This document shows positions 55,275 to 64,000 of a stretch of 64,000 bases of DNA, in pieces. How positions within the stretch are numbered: the stretch's first letter is position 1; the number at the start of each line of letters is the position of its first letter. The position numbers and the translations under genes are program-made. The notes beneath the pieces were generated by a model that worked only from the letters and a program-made list of their open reading frames with translations, did no database searches and had not been told where the DNA came from. The DNA comes from the human T2T-CHM13v2.0 reference genome, Homo sapiens. The stretch lies in the NCBI RefSeq assembly GCF_009914755.1, contig NC_060947.1; one strand, 5' to 3'.

Positions 55275-57110
55275 TATTCCAAAATTTATATGAAAAGACA
55301 CAGGTCCTAGAATAACTAGAACAATTTTGAAAAAGAGTAATAAAGTTGGAGGAATCGGTCTACCTAACATTAAGGCTAACTACATAGCTGTGGTAACCAA
55401 GACCATGCAGTATTGCCAGATGAGTTAGATATATAGGTCAATGGAACAGAATAGAGAACCCAGAAATAGACCCACATAAATATTCCCAACTGAATTTTAA
55501 CAAAGATGCAAAGGTGATTCAATGAAGGAAGGATAGACTTTTCAACAAATGGTGCTGTGTTGGAACAACTGGATATTCATAGGCAACACAAACAAAGTTC
55601 AACTTAAGCCTTACACCTTATGTAGACATTTACTCAAAATGGATCATGTAAGTTTTTAAAACATAAAACTAAACATATTTTAGAAAACTGGAAAAAATCT
55701 TCCAGCTCTAAGGCTAGGCAACAGATTCTTAGACTTGACACCAAAAGCATGATCCATAAAAGGAAAAAGTAATTGATAAATTGGAACTCATCAAAGTTAA
55801 AAACTTTCTGTGGAAGTTTTTATGAAACATCCTTTTAAATATGAAAATACAAGCTATAAACTGGAAGAAAGTATTTGTAAATCATATCCAACAAAGAATA
55901 TATAAATAACTCTCAAAACTCAATAGAGTAAAAAAAATCCTATTAGAAAATAAGCAACAAACAGCAACAGACATTTCACTGAAGAAGATATACAGATGAC
56001 AAATAGGCACATGAAAAGTTGTTCAATCAACATCACCATTAAAGAAATATAAGTTAATACCATAATGTGATATTACTATACCTCCATGCATGGATCTTTC
56101 CACATTGCTTATGGGTAATAGTATGACCACTCTGGAAAATGGTTTAGTGGTTTCTTACAAAACTAATAATACACCTACTATACTATTCAGCAATCATATT
56201 ACTGGGTGTGTATCTCAGAGAAATGAAAACATACATCCATACAAAAACCTGTACATGAAATTCGTTCATAGCAGAGCTGTTTTCAATGATCAAAAAACAG
56301 AAACAACCCAGGTGTTTGGTTAATAGGTGAATGGTTAAAAAAATTATGGTACATCCATACCATGGAATACTACTCAGTGATTAAAAAAAAAGAATGAACT
56401 ACTGATATATACAACTTGGATGGATCTCATTGGCATTATGCTGAATGAAAAAAGGCAATCTCAAAAGGTCACTGTTAGGTTCCAGGTAGGTGGGACATGG
56501 CTTTATTCAGCAGTTTCTTCACACTGTCGGTGCTGCATTTATGCACCTCACAGACCATAATGGCTCAGAGGCAGGTGATGAGCCCTCCCACGTTATGGCT
56601 ACATAGCTGTGATTATGTAATGCATGGGATTGTGCGCCTGTGCTCCAATCCCACTGTGTCATACTGTGCAGGATGTGTACCTCAGCCTATACTTGACTGC
56701 AGCACAGCCATTGTCCTTACAATCACATACTGTAAGGACAGTATGTGATTCCATTTATATAATAGTCTCAAAAATGATAAAAAGATGGAGAACTGATTGG
56801 TGCTGTACAAAGGTTAGCAGTGTTGGTGAGGGGAGTTGTGACTATAAAGAGGTAGCATAAGGAAGATATTTGTGGTGATGGAATAGTTCCATTTCTGGAT
56901 TGCAGTGGTGGTTACAAGAATACAGACGTGATTAAATGGCATAGAATTACACATATGCTTTGCACCAATGCCAATTTCCTGATGTTGGTATAGTACTATA
57001 GTTACATAAGATGTATCCATTAGAAAAAATTGAGTGAGAGTTTCACAGGACCTCTCTGTATTTACAACTTCATCTGATTCTACAATTATATCGATAAAAT
57101 ACTTCTTAAA
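55275..57110 (+). mobile_element. Old L1M ORF2 3' half and 3'UTR (continues 52090-53371)
   Basis: ATGGAACAGAATAGAGAACCCAGAAATAGACCCAC...TTTTCAACAAATGGTGCTG...CATGGAATACTACTCAG. Confidence 0.88.
56473..56721 (-). mobile_element. Short ERVL solo LTR (LTR18/LTR32-like)
   Basis: TG...CA ends; minus strand starts TGTAAGGACAATGGCTG and contains AATAAAGCCATG; 5 bp TSD GTCAC/ATCAC; interrupts the L1 3'UTR. Confidence 0.75.
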
Positions 57111-57830
57111 GTAGCTTACAGTGGAGAAACCTGGCAGAAATCTCCTTAACCAAGGAATCAAGACTAACATCACTGGTAAGTTTATGTTCATATCTTGAAC
57201 CCCTTATACTGTGTCATAAGAAACGCACTTCACCTCTGTGCTATCCTTCCCCAAAATATATAATCCCAGTCTAATTATGAGAAAACATTACACAAACCCA
57301 AATTGGGGGGTATTCTACAAAGTACTTGACCATTTATCTTTAAAATTATTGAGATCATGAAAAACAAGGAAACATTAATAAATTTCCATAGATTGGAAGC
57401 AAATAAGATATGATGACTAAATGTGACATAATATTCTGGATTGCATCCTGGAACATGAAAAGGACATTAATGGGAAAACTGGTGAGCTACATTATACAAA
57501 ATAACTGATCAGTGCTCTTCAAGGTGTCAAGATTATCAAAGACATAAAAGAATGGATGAACTGCCATAGATTGGAGGAGACAATGCAATGTGAAATCCTG
57601 AATTTGACCCTGAACAGAAAATGCAATGTAGTGGAGAAACTGGTAAAATGCAGATAAAATCTAGTTTAGTTAATCATATTGTACCAAAGTTCATTTCTTA
57701 GTTTTGATAACTCTGATGGTTATAAAAGATGTTGACATGAAGAATGCTGGATGAAGTGTGTGCAGCAACTGTTTGCTGTTTTTGCAACTTTTCTGTAATT
57801 TTAAAATTATTTCAAAATAAACTTTTAAAG
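57110..57830 (+). mobile_element. L1MC/MD 3'UTR (continues 51699-52060)
   Basis: ACAGTGGAGAAACCTGGCAGA...CCTTAACCAAG...TTTTTGCAACTTTTCTGTAA...AAAATAAA. Confidence 0.8.
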
Positions 57831-59637
57831 AAAGCCTCCTGGGAGATTCTAATGTGTAGCCAGAGCTGAGAACCACTGCTACCTCATTCATTTGGTCCTG
57901 CCTCATGGGTTTCCACTATACTCTCCTACTCCCTAGTCTGCCCTTCCTCCATCAAAATTGCTGTGCTCTGAAGGGATGTTTTCAACTGGCTGCTGGCCTA
58001 AATAGGATGAGACAAAAATTAAAACGTTTCTACCACTATCCCAGTGGGAAACTAATTCCAAAGCTAATAGCATATGGGCACTATCCTATCTACTCTAGCC
58101 AGGTGTCATTGTACAGTAAGAATTTCCACCTCAGAGATTGATTCCTTTTCATAAAGCATCATTACATCATCATTTTTCAAGCAGCACTTCTGGATGTCAG
58201 CAGATGAATTCAGTAAGAATTATGGGTCATGCGAACTGGTGTATCAGGGCTTTTTCTGTAACACCACAAAACACTGGGCTTCTGTGGAGGAGAGAGCTAA
58301 ATTTGTCTAGCGTCTCCTACAATCCATTTTAACTCTCTAGACAGGAAAGGAAAGCCCTTGCTTTGAGGCAGGAGGCTGGTTTTGCAGGTAGTTAGAGCCA
58401 GGTACTTAAAGACAGCGAGAAGAAAGGATGGCCTTAGAGAGTGATGTCCTGGTCGTAGAGAACTGCCTTAAGTAGAGATAGTCCACATCTTGAATAGCAA
58501 ACTCCTGTTGCTATGACAGCTTCCAAGAGCATACTTGTCTCATCAGAGCCTGGGGCTTATTCAATTGGCTCCACCCTCTTCCTGGAGTGCACTGTTTATT
58601 AAAAGGGCCCTGCCCTTTATTCTACTAGGATTAGTCATTATGTGTTAGTGAACTGCCCTTTTTCTCCCTCCACTTCAGCTTTTCATCTGCATCCTAGAAG
58701 CAAGGGCCGTGTCTTTGGGCCTGCTGAGAGTCCTTCAAGAGAGAAAATTAAGAACAGCTAGGGGTAGGCACAATGCCTTCATATGCCTCCAGCAAAAAGG
58801 GCAGCTCAGATACTCCAAGAAGGAGAGAAAAATAATGAGAGTTGGAGAAACGGGCTGAGACATGGGAACTGTGCAAAGGCTGATTACTGGATAAGATTAG
58901 GCTCAGGGCAAAAGTGCTTACTGAGATATTGGAACTCTTAGGACTTATTAATCTAGTGTTTAGCACTTGGAGTCTATAGATTAACAGGTAAAACTAAACT
59001 GGGACAGACTGGCGAAAGCTGTGAAAATGCCCTGAGGCAGCTTATAGTTAAGAATAAGATTAACAAGAAAATGATTAAAGACTGAGCTTTACTGCACAGT
59101 AAGTTACAAATTGGACCCTTTGCATACAGACTTTCATCTTTTCCCTGTTGTTCTGTGTGGGATTGCATGGTTTACATGTAAAAGTAAATTTATTTATTTC
59201 TTGGTTTGTTTATTCTAAAGAAATAGATTTCTATACATAAAATATTGATGTTTATTTGGAGTAGTATATCCTTATGAAACTAAATGATAAACTTATAGAG
59301 TGTGAAGGGATGTTAGAGTTGACATACTTTGACACTAAACATTGTATTTTTAAGTTTAAATAGCAATATCTCACAATATTTAGTGCTGTTGTCTAATTCA
59401 AGAAACTACACACAGAACTGATACTTCAAGCTATGCAACCACAGCAGTAACAACCACAGTGATGCCTTATCTTATTTGCAAGATTGTCTCTTTAATGGGT
59501 GAACGAACCTTTGGAAGGATGAATGTATGACCTAAACCTAATAGAATGAGAGTAGGATCACTGACATCAGTCTGAGAAATCTGTTTTGAAGTGATAACCA
59601 AAGTGGTCTCCTCAGTCAAAAAACTGCAGTAAGTATT

Positions 59638-59855
59638 CCCCTTCCTGTGTCCAAGTGTTCTCATTGTTTGGGGGAGGGATAGCGTTAGGAGATACACCTA
59701 ATGTAAATGACGAGTTAATGGGTGCAGCACACCAACATGGCACATGTATACATATGTAACAAACCTGCACATTGTGCACATGTACCCTAGAACTTAAAGT
59801 ATAATTAAAAAAAGGAAAACAAACACTAACATTTCAATAAATAATGCTGCTCTAA
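59638..59855 (+). mobile_element. Short L1PA (about PA4-6) insertion with a 5' micro-inversion and a 3' transduction
   Basis: Inverted 59636-59668; sense 3' end 59670-59813; then 40 nt of non-L1 sequence with AATAAA and a second A-run; TSD AAAAAACTGC(A/C)GTAAGTATT. Confidence 0.92.
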
Positions 59856-59949
59856 AAAAAACTGCCGTAAGTATTAATAAATAACCTTAGAAGTTACTGA
59901 GCATCGGGTCTTCTTAAATAACATATCTTTTCAGGAGTGCAGCTACCCC

Positions 59950-60760
59950 AAAAGAAAGACAACAATCTTAATATACTAGACAAAGCAGAATGAATGAACT
60001 AATCAAAACAATGATTGAAAACAAACTAGAATATCATTGAAAAGTTAAGAGACAATGTTGGTAACTTGAGGCAGGAATAGGCAGTTACAAACAACATCAT
60101 TCAGAAATAGCAGCTATGAAAATATAAGTTGAAATAACTTGATGGGGGGGGTAAAAACAACAGATACAGATCAAGAATGAATTAATGACATGGAATACTA
60201 GATTGAACAACTTTCCCAGAAGTCATCAGAAAGGGATAAATAGTTGGGAAATATAGGAAAAATACTGTAGAGGAAAAATACTTTAGAAGGAGAAATGTCC
60301 AATCAGTTGAATAAGAGTACCAGAAAGAGAGAGGGAGAAGAGTATGTGGAGGGGATGTAAGTATTTGAAGAAACAAAGACCAAGAATTCTCCAATCTTAG
60401 GGGAGTATGGATGATCTCAGTTTAAAAAGATTCAGAGTTTGCCAACCAGGATTTATGAGACAAAGCGTATATCTAGACACATAGTAGTAAAATTTTAAAA
60501 AAAGAAGCCTTCCCAGGAAGAAAAAGCAGATAACCTACAAAGGAACAAAATCATATTGGCACCTTAGTACTCAAAAGCAACCCAGATAGAAGAAAACAGT
60601 GGAACGTTAATTTTCAGTATTGAGGGAAAAAACTTAGAATCTAGAATTTTATACCCAGCTAAGTATCATTTAAATGTAAGAATGAAATATTTTAAGGCAT
60701 CCAAGGCCTCAAAAAGTTTGCCACAAAGACTGTCTTTGAAATAAGTTCAATGAAAGAGAA
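59950..60760 (+). mobile_element. HAL1/L1M ORF1-like fragment
   Basis: A-rich; AGAATCTAGAATTTTATACCCAGCTAA, ATCTAGACACATAGTAGTAAAATTT. Confidence 0.6.
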
Positions 60761-62514
60761 TTTATAATAAATATGAGTGAGTTGACTTCCCCAGTCCCCT
60801 CTTGCAAATGTTCCTTTAATTTCTCAGATCTGTCAACCTTCCTCTTACTGTGGCGACATCTCCAGGATAGAGTTCTTTTGAGGGAGCCATTCTGGAGTTT
60901 TTAGGCTATTCTGTAACAATCTCAAGTGGCTAATTTTTGCTTTTATTACAATCTTATCTTTCCTGCTAAGCTTATAAACTACCTGAGGACACAATATTAT
61001 TCATTTCTGTATTCCCAGTAGTACCTTTCTCAGGGTTTTGCACATGGGAGGTATTTATTAAATGTCTGTGCCAGAAAGGAAGAGAGGAAAAGAGGAAGGG
61101 AGGAAGTTATAGGCCAGAAGATGAAGCTAGGGTTGCTTCCATTCAAGAGAATGGTTGTTCTCTCTGGTTTTTGTGCACAGAGGATTAAGTGACATCCTAG
61201 TGTGTGTCAATATTGTGCACTTCAGCAGATCATCTCCTGTGTTAAGTCTGACTATGAGTGACTTGAAGATAATTGAGCATTATTCATTTCACCATCAAAA
61301 TATTAAAAGCAGCTTAGTTTGAATCCACTTGAATTAATCATTTACTTGGTTCTCCATGACACTTAAGCTCCCTCTGAGTCATTCATGATGGAAAATTATA
61401 TGCTCGCATGCTAGTAAACATTCCCAGGCCAGGAAAAAGATGGGAAAGTAATCCACAAGGGGTTCTAAGGTTGTTTTTTCGGGGGGAATTTTTCAGTGCA
61501 TCTCCACAGAGTTGGTGAAAAATCTCCCTTCTTCCCTCTTCAGTGAGGCAGTACTTTTTGCTTATCTGTGGTTCTATAACAAGTGCCCACTGAGGCTGTA
61601 TGGGTGATGCACACCTTTCAGCATCCAAACTCTAAGACCTGTCTTGTATTGGACCCCTTTGCTTTCCAGGGAAGAGGTGGGTAGGTAGTTAGTGTTCCAC
61701 ACTTACTTTCCCTTGACATTATTTGTTGATATTTGGAGGCAGGCAGAACAAGAGACATCAAGGTTGATAGGTGCATCAGAGTTAGGTCTTTTCCCTTCTG
61801 TAAACAAATGCCATCTTTTCCATTCATCTAAAAAGCATTTGTAGATGTTTAAGATGCTTGCCTGTGAACTATTTTCAGACTTTTCCTAGTTATTTTTTTG
61901 CTAGTCCCAAAGAAAACGGGCTGGGCAGAGCAGAAAATGGCAGTGGCAGGTCGCCAAAACAAATATATGACACATGCATATCCTGGAGGCCAACATTATC
62001 ACATCAGCAAATGCCAGCAGAGAGTTCTTCCTCACCATTATCTCCTCCATGTTTTCTCACCACCAATTCAGTTTTTGGTCATGTGTTTTTATAATAACAT
62101 TGAGTTGAGGGTGTTAGCAGCAATTTTGACATATGGAATTAATTGCATTATTTCTCAGGTATTTGGAATTCTTAAAATTCCAGAAAATCATGTAACATTT
62201 GGACACCACATGGATTTAATTCAGTATATAGTCATGAAGCATCTGCTCAGTGCAAGGTCAGCCCTGGGCAGTGCCTAGGTACACTTATCAGTGTGAAGGA
62301 AGTGCCAAGGGAAGAGTACAAATGAATTGGAGGTTCAAAGCAGGGATAGGATTTCCTGGTGAAACAAAAGGAAAGACTTCTTGAAAAGGTAGCCTTGGGG
62401 ACTAGACATAAACAACAGATATAATTTCTACAGGCAGAGGCATGTTAGGAGGCAGGAACAACTTGAGCAAAAGTAACAAGGTGGGAGATCATAGGATCCA
62501 TTTAGGGCTAGTAA

Positions 62515-62755
62515 TAGTCGCTATATATTGAGTCATCACTCTGTGCCATGCATCGTATTAAGTGTTTTACATGCATTCTCTTATATAACTGCCACAGCAG
62601 TCTCATTTGTTATAGGTAGCATCATTCCGACCTTACAAATTAGGAGAATAAAGCTCAGAACAATTATGTAACTTGGTCACCTGCTAAGAGATGGCAGAAC
62701 AGGAATTCAAACCAAGTCTGTCAGACTCCAAAGCCTAGCTTTGTAGCCACTAAGT
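62515..62755 (-). mobile_element. MIR
   Basis: TAAGTGTTTTACATGCATT...GGAATTCAAACCAAGTCTGTCAGACTCCAAAGCC. Confidence 0.85.
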
Positions 62756-63289
62756 TTTATGACTCAGAAATAAACGTGACTGGGAAGAAAGGGTAGGACC
62801 ATGCTGTGAAGAGCTTTAGGCTTTAGATGCTAAGCGAAGGATCCTGAACTTAAAAGTGCCAGATTGTGAAATAAAAGGGAAAGGAGTTTTCCTGTAACAG
62901 GAAATGAATAGTCAATAAGAGGTCAACAGGTTAGAGACCAATGACCAGGTCCAAAACTTCTCTGTTTTCTTCATTTGTTTTGTACCTTCCTGGGAGGAGA
63001 ATGGGTTGAGTAGGAAAGAAACCTCCCTGTTCCTCTTAGAGCTTTTGTATGGAATTTCCACTTCTTGGGGGTCCTTTTTGTTTTGTTCAATTCCTCGCTA
63101 TTGTGCATGGTCTTACCTCTGAGGAGGGAAGGTCAGAATCTGAACTTCTGTGGCCAACTAGAAAATTGAATTGCTTAAATTTCAGTTCCTATTGCATTAT
63201 ATTGGGTAACTAAAGCCCCTGTTATCTTTTTCATTTTTGATTAGTTTTGGTATTTTATGTAGCTTCTTCTCAGACACAAAAAGATAATT

Positions 63290-63904
<615 letters not shown>

Positions 63905-63913
63905 ATTTTAAAA

Positions 63914-64000
63914 CAGCAGTCCCTAACCTTTTTGGCACCAGGGACCAGTTTTGTGGAAAACAGTTTTTCCATGGACCAAAAGTGGGGACTGGGGAGGTAG
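63914..64000 (+). mobile_element. MER1 left end (hAT-Charlie)
   Basis: CAGCAGTCCCTAACCTTTTTGGCACCAGGGACCAGTTTTGTGG. Confidence 0.88.

Overview
Primate, almost certainly human, non-coding DNA (intronic or intergenic), roughly half recognisable interspersed repeats: Alu, L1PA/L1M, L2, MIR, CR1/L3, MaLR/ERVL LTRs and hAT/Tigger MITEs. I recognise no host protein-coding exon, rRNA, tRNA or snRNA. The ORFs with recognisable products are L1 ORF2 fragments; the rest look like chance or Alu/LTR-derived ORFs. I cannot name the locus. The clearest structure not explained by ordinary repeat annotation is a set of L1-machinery (TPRT) events that copied non-repeat sequence. These are a ~390 bp polyadenylated orphan retrocopy splitting an MLT2 LTR, two tiny TSD-flanked orphan inserts (~74 and ~44 bp), and two short L1s with 3' transductions. 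Three young L1s also appear 5'-inverted (twin-primed), one with L1HS-like diagnostics. Other oddities are a pre-miRNA-like hairpin, a triple GGATTTA/TAAATCC hairpin array, a 118 bp direct repeat around a MITE, interlocking inverted repeats at an LTR edge, a readable ancient CR1 RT fragment and a ~730 bp AT minisatellite. I found no convincing new biological system; these are unusual instances of known processes. Subfamily names come from remembered consensus sequences, and boundaries of old repeats are approximate.
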